In this document: positions 51,676 to 63,920 of the stretch, in pieces
How positions within the stretch are numbered: position 1 is the first letter of the stretch
Layout: every line of letters begins with the position of its first letter
Origin: Callorhinchus milii
Lineage: Eukaryota
NCBI RefSeq assembly: GCF_018977255.1
Contig: NW_024704743.1
Location: forward strand, 12,650,001 to 12,714,000
Direction: 5' to 3'
DNA: 64,000 nucleotides
Notes under the pieces: model-generated
Seen by the model: the letters and a program-made list of their open reading frames with translations, nothing else
What the model was told of the DNA's origin: nothing
The model's database searches: none
Translations under genes and position numbers: made by a program

Positions 51676-52965
51676 CAACAACAACAAGATTCCATTTATA
51701 GAGCGCCTTTCACGTCAGGAGGACGTCACAAGGCGCTACACATTTGGGTCAGGACCCGAGCAAGGGGGAAATGGTCAGGGTGAGGGGAGGGAAGGGAGGG
51801 AGCGAGGAGGGGGGAAATGGTCAGGGTGAGGGGAGGGAAGGGAGGGAGCGAGGAGGGGGTAGAGAGTCGAGAGGGGAGCTGAAGGCACGGTCAAAGAGAA
51901 AGGTCTTGAGACCGGCCTTGAAGGAGGAAAGGGAGGAGGCGGCGAAGGCACTGGGGGATGGAGTTCCGGAGCCTCGGGGCTGAGAGGCTGAAGGCCCGGC
52001 CACCGATGGTAGGGCGATTGGGGCGGGGGATGTGGAGCAGACCGGAGCCGGAGGAACGGAGGGTACGGGCAGGTAGGTAGGGGGATAGTAGGTTGGAGAG
52101 GTAGGAGGGAGCGAGGCCGTGAATGGCCTTGTAGGTGAGGATGAGGATCTTGAATTCGATCCTCTGGGGGATGGGGAGCCAGTGGAGGCGAGCGAGGGTG
52201 GGAGTGATGTGGTCCCGAAGCCTGGTGCGGGACAGTACACGAGCTGCAGAGTTCTGAATGACCTGCAGCTTGTGGAGGGAGGTGGCGGGAAGGCCGACGA
52301 GGAGAGAGTTCCCATAGTCCAGCCTTGAGGTGATAAAGGCGTGGACCAGAGTTTCAGCCGCGTGAGGGGTGAGGTAGTGCCGTAGTCTGGCGACATTCCG
52401 GAGGTGATGGAAGGCGGTGCCAGTTGTGGTGCGGATATGAGGGAGAAAGGACAGCTCAGGGTCGAACAGAACCCCGAGGTTCCTGACTGGCTTTGAGAGG
52501 TGGAGAGTGCAGCCTTGGATGCTGATGGTGTCAGCGCCTGAGGTGCGGAGGCGCTGACGTGAGCCAATCAGGAGGGCCTTAGTTTTGCGCTCTTAAGCTG
52601 AAGAAAGTTGTCTCTCGTCCAGGACTCGATGTCGGACAGTCAGGCTGTCAGGACATCGGTGGTCGTGGAGTTGAGGGTAGAGGAGGAAAGGTAGATTTGG
52701 GTGTCATCCGCATACATGTGGAAGTTAACCCCATGTCTGCGGATGATGTCACCACAGGGGGAGCATATAGAGGGTGAAGAGGAGGGGACTGAGGACAGAG
52801 CCCTGAGGGACACCGCATGAGACAGTGCGGGGTCCGGAGGAAAAGCCATTCGTGGAAACATAGTGAAGACGGTGGGAGAGGTACGACTTAAACCACTCAA
52901 GGACAGTGCCTTGAAGGTTGAGATAGGAGGACAAGCGGTGGAGGAGGATAGCGTGATCAACCGTA
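51676..52965 (-). mobile_element. L2 LINE 3' fragment including the RT core (young family, same as 7759-8563)
   Basis: [20 protein letters not shown] and FHMYADDTQIY; the 3' ~800 bp are highly similar to 7759-8563; (TTG)n tail. Confidence 0.93.
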
Positions 52966-53174
52966 CCAAATGCAAATAGATAATTTCCACCTAAGTTATT
53001 ACTGAATTATTACTATTATCATGCACACCTCCCCTACAGCACTGCTGCCTGGGATCAGTTAGGCTCATCTTGCAGCACCCAGGTCAGAAGACATTAAATG
53101 GGACATCCTCCCGCAGTGAAAGATACTATCTATTTGTTGTTATTGTTGTTAAATCACGTGTGCTGCTTTTGACT

Positions 53175-54595
53175 CCCTCCCTCCCTCCTTCTCCCCCTCC
53201 CTTCCTCCTTCACCCCACTCTCTCCCTCCCTCACCCCACTCTTCTTCTCCCCACTCCCCTACTCTCCTTCTACCCCACCCTCCCCCCACTCTCCTTCTCC
53301 CCCACCCTCGCCCCACTCTGCTTCTCCCCACTCCCCCACTCTCCTTCTCCCCACTCCCCCACCCTCCCCCCACTCTGCTTCTCCCCACTCCCACACCCTC
53401 CCCCCACTCTGCTTCTCCCCACTCCCACACCCTCCCCCCACTCTGCTTCTCCCCACTCCCCCACCCTCTCCCCACTCTCCTCCCGACTCCCCACTCAACT
53501 CTCCTTCTCCCGATTCCCGCACCCTCCCCCCACTTTCCTTCTCTCGACTCCCGGACCCTCCCCCCACTCTCCTTCTCCCGACTCCCGCACCCTCGCCCCA
53601 CTCTCCTTCTCCCGACTCCCCCACTCTCCTCCCGACTCCCCACTCTCCTTCTCCCCCACTCTCCCCCTACTCTCCTTCTCCCCACTCTCCCACCCTCCGC
53701 CCACTCTCCTTCTCCCCACTCCCCACTCCCCACCTCTCCCACCTTCCCCCCACTCTCCTTCTCCCCACTCTCACACCCTCCGCCCACTCTCCTTCTCCCC
53801 ACTCCCCCACCCTCCGCCCACTCTCCTTCTCCCCACTCTCCCACCCTCCTTCTCCGCACTCTCCCCCTCCCTGCCCCCCTGCCTTTCCCCACTCTCCCCC
53901 CCGCCTCTCCCTGCTTTTCCCCACTCTCCCCCCACCCCCCGCCTCTCCCTGCCTTTCCCCACTCTACCCGCCCCCTGCCTCTCCCCTCCCTGCCTTTCCC
54001 CACTCCCCTGCCTCTCCCCGCCTTTCCCCACTCCCCTGCCTCTCCCCGCCTTTTCCCCTGCCTCTCCCCGCCTTTCCCCCTGCCTCTACCCACTCCCCTG
54101 CCTCTCTCCCTCTCCCCACTCTCCCCCCCCCCTGCCTCTCCCCACTCTCCCCCCCCTGCCTCTCCCCACTCTCTCCCACCCCGCCTCTCCCCCCTTCCAC
54201 CAACTGCCTCTCCCTGCTTTTCCCCACTCTCCCTGCCTCTCCCCCTCCCTGCCTCTCCCCACTCTCCCTGCCTCTCCCCACTCCCCCCACTGCCTCTCCC
54301 CACCCCTGCCTCTCCCCACTCCCCCCCCGCCTCTCCCCACCCCGCCTCTCCCCACTCCCCCCCCTGCCTCTCCCCACTCCCCCCGATGCCTCTCCCCACT
54401 CCCCCCCCTGCCTCTCCCACTCCCCCCCCTGCCTCTCCCCACTCCCCCCCCCGCCTCTCCCCACTCCCCCCCCCCGCCTCTCCCCACTCCCCCCCGATGC
54501 CTCTCCCCACTCCCCCCCGCCTCTCCCCACTCCCTGCCTTTCCCCGCCTTTCCCCACTCTACCCCTCCCTGCCTCTCCCCACTCTCCCACTCCAG
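53175..54595. repeat. About 1.4 kb C-rich (pyrimidine-rich) satellite with core CTCTCCCCACTCCCC
   Basis: Left block is built on CTCCTTCTCCCCACT and right block on CTGCCTCTCCCCACT; explains the P-rich and G/R/E-rich ORFs. Confidence 0.95.
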
Positions 54596-54704
54596 CTTTG
54601 TCCGGAAATTACGTTATCATAACATCCCTCCCTTGTCGTACTATTATTCCATGGAACTGTGTCTACAGACTGACTCTATTGGTTCCTTTATGCTGCATTG
54701 AAGC

Positions 54705-54940
54705 TGGCTGTTATTCGATTGGTGGACGGCTTATCCAGGGGTAAGAATTCCACCAGAAAATAATAAAAAATAAATAATACTAATTTGGTCACTCAATCCA
54801 TGACTGATTGTGGGACACTGCTGTGCACAATTGGCTGCCGCATTTCGCCCACAAAATATGCAGTTAATTCTGTGAAGCACTTTGTGACGTTTCGAAGACG
54901 AGATAAGGCACTATATCAAATACAAGGATTATTATTATAT
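54705..54940 (+). mobile_element. SINE long variant, 5'-truncated
   Basis: gattggtggacggcttatccaggggtaag, then the shared body and (ATT)n tail. Confidence 0.7.
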
Positions 54941-55894
54941 CAATGGTTTGCAGTTTTAGCTGGTTAGACTCAAGCAGTACCCTAATGTGCACTCTGGGGT
55001 GTCCAAGCTTTGCCTCTTGCCAACCTGCACATAATACTTTCCGAAATTATGTAAGCAGAATGCATCCCTCCAAGCAGAGAGTGCACATTCCATTCCAACA
55101 TTTTATCTCTGGGATTTCCATGTGTAGGTGGGATGCATGGAATTCTCAACTTGATTTGGATATCCTTAAGCATGGCGATGTGTTTTTGCATGCGACAGAC
55201 ACCCGGCTGACAAAAAAAGTTTATTTTTTTAAAACCCTTTTAAAATTTTATACACTTCTACAAGGTCCTCTCTGACTATCTTCTCTCAAGACTGAGGAGC
55301 TGTAAATGTCTAATCATTGCTCATAGTTCATTTATCTAACACCAAGGATGATCTTCGTTGTTGTCCCTCTAGGACCTTGGCAGAGTCCTTATGTCTCTAC
55401 AACCAGGACAGTACTGACCATCGAACAACTTAAACATTATTTCTGGAGATTTGAGCTCAACTGAGTTGGCAACGTAGCCCAGCGTCCTTTTGCCTTGTTT
55501 ATTACAACCTCACACTGTTTTGACATGGTAAGCAATGAGTCAACTAACACCCGTAGATCTCTTTCAGTTTTCTCTTTGACAAGTTCCATCACATCCATGA
55601 ATTATGTGCATGTCCTATTGTTACTTCCTAGATGCAGTACCTTGCACTTACTGTTTTGACTTCACTTGCCAGTGTACCAGTCTTTACCCCTTGTGCATAC
55701 TTTATCAGATTTTTTTTGCAAGACTTTAACTGCCTCCTTTGATTTCACAGCTTGCCCCAATTTGATATAAATCCAAATATAACCACTGGCTGTGAATCCA
55801 TGTAATTAAATCCCTGTCTTCAAAATCCCTGACTTATCTCTTCAGCCACTTTTACATTTGCGATGTTCCTTTGCGTGAATTTAGGTATATAAAT

Positions 55895-56250
55895 AATAGT
55901 AACAATCCTTACATTTGATATAGCACCTTATCAAGTCATCAAAATGTTTCAAAGTGCTTCACAGGATATACTGGTAAAGTGGTGAGTGTGTGTGTGTATT
56001 TTTGTGGGTGAACATAGCTGCCAATTTGCACAGAGCAATGTTGCACAAACAGCAATGGAGCAAAGTAACCAATTTTATTTGGAGGATTGATGGTCCCCAG
56101 AATAAATTCCCTTCTCTTTTCGAATTCCGCCATGGGATCTTTGGCATCCACCTAGATAGGCAGAATGGTTTGGTTTAATGTCTCATGCAAAGGATGGCAC
56201 CTCTGACAATGGAGCACACCCAAAACACTGCATTGGAATGTCAGTACAGA
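55895..56250 (-). mobile_element. Deu-domain SINE fragment
   Basis: gccatgggatctttggcatccacct...tttaatgtctcatgcaaaggatggcacctctgacaatg, plus the shared tail. Confidence 0.7.
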
Positions 56251-56522
56251 CTATATGGGTATGCAATGATCTCTGATGGGATAATGAATATTGCATTCAT
56301 CGATTCTTCAGACATTTTCTCTTAAATTGAAAATTATATTACATTACCTGGGACATCAATACATACACACTTCTCCTTTGTGATGGTGATACACATTACA
56401 CAATAGTCAGTAGAAATATTTCCATACAAGAATGATAATAATAATCCTTGCGTTTGATATAGCACTTTTCACATCCTCTAGACGTCTCAAAGCGCTTCAC
56501 ATAATAGACTGTAAAGTGAATT

Positions 56523-57716
56523 AACATAATATAACATGTAGGAGAAGGCCATTCGGCCCTTCGAGCCTGCCCCGCCATTCAATCATGGCTGATCTTGTAA
56601 TCTAACTCCAGCTAATAACCTAACTGGAGTCCTGTAGCTCAGTGGTTAAGAGCACTCGCTTTGCAAGCGAGAGACCTGAGTTCAATTCCAGGCAGGGCGA
56701 AACCTTGGGCAAGTTTCCTTATTCCACACAGAGCCTAATAATAATCCCTCCAAAACCAAAAACAATAATAAATTGGTCATTTTCAATCTACGACTGTTTG
56801 TGGGACATTGCTGTGCGCAATTGGCTGCCGCGTTCGCCCACAAATATACAGTCAATTCACTTTACAGTGTGTTCTGTGAAGCGCTTTGGGACGTCCTCCC
56901 GACGTGAAAAGCGCTATATCAAATGCAAGGATTATTATTATTATTAACCCTGCCATATCCCCATATTCCTTAATCCCTTTTACAATAAGAAATCTATCTT
57001 ATCTCAGTCTTGAATATGTTCAAGGACTGAACGTCAACAGCCCTTTGGGGTAGTGAGTTCCATACATTCACCGCCCTTTGAGTGAATAGTTCTTGCTCAA
57101 CTCAGTGCGAAAGGGCTGGCCTCTGATTTTAAGGTTGTAACCCCTGGTTTTAGTTTCTCCAACCAGGGGAAACAATCTCCCACTATCTACTCTATCATGC
57201 CCTTTGATGATCTTATAGGTTTCTATAAGATCCCCTCTAATTCTTCTTATATTCTAGAGAATATAGGCCCAAATTGGTCAGCCTATCCTCGTAACTCAAC
57301 CCTTCATCCCTGGTACTAACCTAGTAAATCTACGCTGCACCCCCTCCAAGGCAAGTACATCCTTCCTTAAATGAGGAGACCAAAACTGGACACAGTATTC
57401 TAGGTGTGGTCTCACCAGGGCCCTTTACAGTTGCAGCAAGACTTCCCTACTCTTATACTCTAATCCTTTCATAATGAATGCTAACATACCGTTCGCCTTC
57501 CTAATTTCTTGCTGCACCTGCAGACTAACGTTCTGTGATTGGTGTACAAGGACACCCAAGTCCCTCTGGACGCTAACACATTCCAATCTCTCCCTTTCTA
57601 AAAAATAACCCGCTCTACTGTTTTTGCTACTGAGGTGGATGACTTCGCACTTCCCTACATTATACTTCATCTGCCACCTACCTGCCCAATTACCTGACCT
57701 ATCTATGTCTCGCTGC
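56523..57716 (-). mobile_element. CR1 LINE 3' fragment of a second subfamily, inserted in a SINE tail and itself carrying a SINE
   Basis: Minus-strand ORF WQMKYNVGKCEVIH..QRDLGVLVH..KANGMLAFI; 3' end agggccgaatggccttctcc...tatgtt. Confidence 0.88.
56625..56945 (+). mobile_element. Young tRNA-derived SINE (short variant), full length
   Basis: TGGAGTCCTGTAGCTCAGTGGTT...CTCGC TTTGCAA GCGAG...GAGTTCAATTCC (Ala-TGC-like anticodon arm); TAAC on both flanks. Confidence 0.93.
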
Positions 57717-58759
57717 ATTGACTGTATATTTGTGGGCAAAATATGAATAGATAAGATAAAGAAAAGGCTCAGGACAAAAGTTACTTAAATACAATAGTAA
57801 CTTTTAAAAAAATATTTATCCATGTAAAACCCTGTCATGAGTGAAGTATTTGGTTTGTTTTCTCTTCCGAGCTCCCAATCATTGACCTCTCCACGTAAAC
57901 TCACTAAACTGACTGTGCGTTGGATACCTGTATGAAAGGGAAAGAGAGCAGGATGGTGTGGGTCCCAGGGTAGAGGGAAGGAGGCAGCAGAGGTCAACAG
58001 CCTCAGTCCATCACACAGGAAGACATGTCATTGTACCCTTTAGACGCACCTTTCTGAATGTTCCTCGCTGTGCAGCCACACTTCCCACCCTCTGTCTGCC
58101 TCACCACTGCAGTGATTAATGCTCCACCACTACAGTGATTAGTGTTGTCCCGGTAGGTACCTTGTCCTCTGAGGCATCTTGATCTGAATCGCAATTGTAC
58201 TACTTGCTGCTGAGTTGGAATATTCTGCTGGGGCCAGGGATTTTTGGGGGGAGGAAGGGGGAGGGGCAGAATGTTATCTTTCGGTCTCCATCTCTGTTCA
58301 TCCCTCATATTTGTGGATGTTTTGCCCAATTCACTTTATATTCTGTGAAGCGCTTTGAGACGTCTAGAAGATGTGAAACACGCTATATCAAATGCAAGGA
58401 TTATTATTATTATATTCCTCCTCCAGGGGAAGGATGGTGATGACATCCTCCTGAAAGAAGTCATCACTCAGATTGCTGTCTTGAGTTTGATCACTTATCT
58501 ACCAGAATTTCTACTCCATAGTCTCTTCATACTTAAGAGTAGAGTTATACAAGATGAACACTGAGTGCCTCCATAACAGTGTACAGATCTTACCTTTATA
58601 CTGTAAAGTGTAGTGACTGCATGTTTTGTCAACCTTGAAGTGAATGACCAATTATGTTTATAAGAAATGAATGATGATTTGTGGAGTACAAACACCAGCA
58701 CGGACTAGTTGTGTTGAGTGGCCTGGTTCTGTGTTGTAAATTCCTTGTAAATATTTGGG

Positions 58760-58945
58760 GAGGGATTTTGGGCTAGGACACCCAGATAAAAACTCCCTTC
58801 ACTTTTCAAAAGGTGCCATGGGATCTTTAAGGTCCCCCTGAAAAGGCAGATAGGCCTAGGCCAGATAGGACAGCATCTACAACAATGTAGGACTCTCCCA
58901 GCACTGCATTGTAGTGTCAAGACTACATGGATTCCAAGTTCCAAC
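58760..58945 (-). mobile_element. Deu-domain SINE fragment
   Basis: ggacacccagataaaaactccc...gtgccatgggatctttaaggtcccc...ctcccagcactgcattgtagtgtca. Confidence 0.6.
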
Positions 58946-59279
58946 AATAACAAACATGACAGAGCTGGGAGAGAACAGCTCAAGAAATATGATGGCAAAT
59001 ACAAGGGATCTGCAGGTAGTGAGTTAAATTACAATCGTCTATAACACCGTTTTCTACTCCCACTAATCCTGCAGGATATTTCTGATACAAGACTGCTTAA
59101 AGCATCTTGTGGCTGCTGATGCTGAGATCCTGGCTACAAAAAAGCTCCCAGCTCGAAAACTACAGCACTGACCATAACATAGAAATAAATGTACAAGTGT
59201 GAATGTGTCCATTGTACACAACTGAAGCATCACTCATCTACCCAAGACATTCCTCAAAAAGTTCCAAAGAGGCTTATAA

Positions 59280-59655
59280 TACAATAATAATTCTTGCATT
59301 TGATATAGTGATTATTATTAGTGCCTTATCACATCTTCGGGACGTCTCAAAGTGCTTCATAGAATATACTGTAAAGTGAACTGACTGTATATTTTGTGGG
59401 CGAAACATTGCAGCCAATTGCGAAGAGCAGTGTTACACAAACAGTCATGGATTGAGTGACCAAATTATTATTTTTTTTTTGAAGGGATTATTACCCCCGG
59501 ATAAGTGATCCACCCACCAATTTACAACTGGGTTCTTATTTACTGCTAGGTAAACAGAAGTGTGTGGAGTAAGGAAACTTGCCTAACATTTCACCGTATC
59601 CGGGAATCAAACCCAGGTCTTCTCACTTCTGAGGCGAGTACTCTAACTACACTTA
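59280..59655 (-). mobile_element. SINE long variant, near full length
   Basis: Reverse complement of the 43163 type, including tttactgctaggtaaacagaagtg. Confidence 0.82.
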
Positions 59656-59667
59656 TAGGTGGCAAGT

Positions 59668-59969
59668 TAATAATAATAATAAATAATAATACTTGCATTT
59701 GATATGGTACTTTTCACGTCTTCTAGACATCTCAAAGTACTTCAGAATATACTGTAAAGTCAATTGACTGTATTTGTGGACGAAATGCAGCAGCCAATTG
59801 CCCACAGCTGGATTGAAGTGACCAATTTATTATTGCTTGTTTTTCTTGAGGGATTATTATTAGGCGTGTGGAGTAAGGAAACTTGCCCAAGGTTTTGCCC
59901 TGCCGGGAATCAAACCCAGGACTCTCGCTTGCAAGGCGAGTGCTCTAACCACTGAGCTGCAGAACTCCA
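59668..59969 (-). mobile_element. tRNA-derived SINE (short variant), full length
   Basis: Head and tail as in the other copies. Confidence 0.88.
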
Positions 59970-61189
59970 TGTTGAGCATTTAGTCAACCTCAAACAGGAA
60001 GAATAACTATTAGCCCACCTAGAGGCAGCAGCAAGAGGACCCATTACCCCCCACTCCCCCACCACCGCCCACCCCCCCCAACCACCATCTTGGAGATGTG
60101 ATGAAAACCTATAACATCTGAACATCTCAAGTTAGAACATAAGTAATTGCTGTAAAGTGAAGTGGCTGCGTATCTGTAGGCATACCTAGTAGCCAATTTA
60201 TATACAACAAGGTCTCATCGTGTACCATCAATTTTGTCTAGAGGAATGTTCTCCAGAATATTTGGAAAGCTCCCTTCTCTTTTCAAAGAGTATCATGGGA
60301 TTTTACTGTGAAGTGTAGTGAATGTTTTTGTAAGCAAAATGCACAGTAATACCACTTGCAGTGCTTTGAGAAGTTTTGACATAATAGGCACATCAAACCA
60401 TTATTATTAATATAAAGTCATCACAAAAGCATGTATTTTATTGAAGATTCGGCTATATATCATAGGGTTTAACTTGTAATTCCTAACAGGGTAAAAACCC
60501 ACAAAAATGCGCTTCCAATTACCATAAGGAGTCCCCAATGAGTGACTCAGAGTTCTTATTAATGGAAGAAATAATGTGTGAAAAGTACAACCATGGTGCA
60601 TTTAAACGTACAGCAAATTGAAATAAATGCATAGACTGTGCATCCAATACAGATTATAACATTAATAATGCTGTCAAACAGAATAGTGTAGTAAAATTAA
60701 ACTGTGTTCTGTCATCTCAAAAGTACTGGTGTCATTAATCTCAATTTGATTGAGTGTGCAACTTCTAATAAATCTGGATTAATTTATAGAACTGGATACA
60801 AATTCAATTTATCATACTCGTTTTTGCAGTTCTCTTGGATTTCAATAAAGCAACTCAGTATGCAAGGCCACTCACTGAACATGGTGGAAATTAATTTTAC
60901 CAGAAACTATTACATTTTACAGAAACGTATCCATTTGTTGCTTGGAAAATCAATGCAAAAAGCAGAATAATATCTACTCTACATCAAAAGTGCATAACAC
61001 TATTAAATAGCTGGGTCATGTATACAACGTACAGTGCTAGGGATCAGATACACATTGCTAAGGATAAGGTCATGTCACACTAAAAGCAAAGGATCAGGAC
61101 AAACACACGTCTCAGATCAGATTCAGACCCACACACACTACATACCATGGAGAATAGAAAAGTTTGGTGCTCAACAGATCAGTGTAAAA

Positions 61190-61280
61190 AAAATTCTGAC
61201 GAAAGGTCATCGACCTGAAATATTAACTCACTTTCTTCTCTCCATACATGCTGCCTGACCTGCTGAGTGTTCCAGCAAAA
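61190..61280 (+). mobile_element. Penelope-like element terminal fragment with minimal hammerhead ribozyme core
   Basis: CTGACGA-a-AGGTC-atc-GACCT-GAAA-TATT followed by atgctgcctgacctgctgagtgttccagca, resembling recalled shark Penelope-type repeat ends. Confidence 0.65.
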
Positions 61281-62540
61281 CTAAATGACCAAAAATTGGT
61301 CACTTAGTTTGACATCCACATCCTCTGCTACATTTTGGCCTGGCCAGCTTCCTTCTCTTCCCCCACCCCACCCACCCCAGTTGCTGAAGCTTTCTGCTTT
61401 GTATAGTTGACCATTACTCCACAAATGCACCCCACACAATATTACCTTTGACAGTTATTACCTCTGGTCACATGTTGACTCTCTCTCTGCCTCATGTCGA
61501 CCCCATGTGAGGAGTTCCTCCTAGATTCTCTCTATGTGACTCATCACTGCCCATTACTCCAGCGTATTGGGATGTCCTCCTGACGTGAAAGGCACTATAC
61601 AAATGTAATTTGTTGTTCTTCCGAGTCCATTTTCTGTCTCTGGTTTCAATCGATCATTCTCAAAGCTGACACAAGTGTGGAGAGAAAACTTTTGAGTCTA
61701 CCCCTCCCCTGCCTTTAAAACCTACATTAAGATCCATCCCTTCTACCATCTTCATACACCACCACAACCACCAGAGCTCTGTGATGCACTTCCATACATC
61801 CTCCTGACACGAAAAGCACTGTATAAATGTAAACTGTTGTTACTGTTATGATGCCAGCAGTTCCATAGGGGTAACACTTTTTTTGTCGGAAGGGAAGTCT
61901 GAAAGTCTCCCTTCTCTGTTGTATATAGGAATCCCAAATGTCAAATGTGTCTGATCAATCTCAACCGATTTATCATGGCACTAAATTGGCAACTGAGTCA
62001 CCAAGTTCAGACAATAGCTGATATGGGAGGTGAAAAGGTGAGAAAACATCAGAGTAGTGAAGGAGAAAGTGCTCTCCTGAAGTTATCCAGAGCAGAGAGT
62101 ACGTCAAGCCAAAAAGAACGATCTTGAAACCACAGTTAATGAAAGTGCAAAATGTCCATTTCCCAGAATTGAAATCTCCCACCTCCATGAGCAGAAAATA
62201 CACTTAAAAAAATTAAAGAAAAACACTGCCGTTTCAAGCGGTCATTTATTTTACACTCACACTTTAAGACTGAGAATGGTGGTGCAGAAAAGGCTGATTC
62301 TAAAAATAAACAGAAAAATGTTTCACAAAAATACCAGATTGCCAATTTGAAAATAAAATGCAAGTTTCTATTTATAGATTGTAAAGAGATTTTTTTTCCT
62401 CCTTCAAACTTTTCCGGTTGAAAAAGAAAATATTTTGAAGGAATGAATGAATTGTCTTGTGTCTGTGAATAGTATAGACACAAGCCATTTGGCACATTAA
62501 CTCTAAGTTGGTGTTTCTCATTAGATGAGTCATCTAGCCT

Positions 62541-63920
62541 AAACAACAACAAGATGACATTTGTATAGCACCATGCACGTTGGGAGGACGTCCCAAGGCG
62601 CTGGACAGTGTACAGCATTTCAGACCCGAGTTGGAGTCGGGGGGAGAGAAGGGAGGGGAAGGGGGGTGACCGATGGCATGGTCGAAGAGGAGGGTTTTGA
62701 GGCGGGACTTGAAGGAGGCTAAGGAGGGATGAGGCGGAGTGATTGGGGGATGGAATTCCAGAGGTTGGGGGCAGAGTGGCTGAAGGTTCTCCTGCTAATG
62801 GTTGGGCGGGTGGGTCGGGGGACGTGGAGCAGGCTGGAGTCGGCTGAGCGGAGGGATTGGTAGGGGGTTAGGTGGTCGGAGAGGTAGGGTGGGGCGAGGC
62901 CATGGAGGGGTTTGTAAGTGAGGACCAGGATCTTGAACTGGATCCTTAGAAGGATAGGGAGTCAATAGAGTCGGGCGAGAATAGGGGAGATGGGGTCATG
63001 GAGTTTGGTGCAGGAGAGGACACGGGCTGCAGAGTTCTGGACTATCTGCAGCCTGTAGAGGGAGGAGTTGGGAAGGCCGACAAGCAGGGCATTTGCATAG
63101 TCGAGCCTGGAGGTGATGAAGGCATGAACAAGAGTTTCAGTGGCCTGAGGGGTGAGGTAGTGGCGGAGTTGGGCGATGTTACGGAGGTGAGGGAAGGCAG
63201 AGCGGGTCATGGCTTGGATGTGGGGAAGAAAAGACAGTTGAGGATCGAACAAGACACCCAGGTTCGTGATGGCTTGGTGAGTTGAAGTGTGCAACCATGG
63301 AGGTTGATGCTGCCAGAGCCTGAGGTGCTGAGGCGCTGGTGTGAGCCAATCAGGAGGGCCTCAGTCTTGTTCACATTCAACTGTAGGAAATTTGCCCTCA
63401 TTCAGGACTTGATGTCCGACAGGCAGTCTGTCAGGACAGCAGTGGTCCTGGAGCTGAGGCTGGAGGCGGAAGATAGAGTTGGGTGTCATCCGCATACCGT
63501 TGACCCCATGTTTGTGGATGATGTCACCAAGGGGGAGCATGTAGATATTAAAGAGGAGAGGGCCAACGACAGAGCCCTGGGGGACGCCAGACGTGACAGT
63601 ATGGGGGCTGGAGGAGAAATCGTTAGAGGCAACGAAGTATAGACGGTGAGAGAGATAGGAATCGAACCAGGCAAGGGCAGGTCCGTGAAGAGGAGAGGCG
63701 GTGTATGAGGATGGAGTGGTTGACAGTGTCGAAGGCGGCAGAGAGGTCGAGAAGGACAAGGAAGCAGATGGAGCCCTGATCACAGATGTTCAGAATGTCA
63801 TTAGTGACTTTGACCAGGGCTGTTTCCATGCTATGGGCAGCGCGGAAGCCGGATTAGAGGGGTTCAAAGAGGGAATGGCGAGAAAGAAAGGAGCGGAGCT
63901 GGGACGCAACGACTCATTCC
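62541..63920 (-). mobile_element. L2 LINE 3' fragment including the RT region
   Basis: [67 protein letters not shown] and LVHAFITSRLDYANALL; (TTG)n tail. Confidence 0.93.

Noticed and set aside
53070..54701. 543-aa proline-rich ORF and 453-aa G/R/E-rich ORF
   Set aside because: Translations of the C-rich satellite; low complexity with no domain.
56625..56700. tRNA-Ala-like sequence, also at 43727 and other sites
   Set aside because: It is the head of a multi-copy SINE, continues into SINE body and tail, and has no clean acceptor stem.
56642..56947. Recurrent short ORFs ending ...KRYIKCKDYYYY
   Set aside because: Chance reading frames of the SINE consensus, not a gene family.
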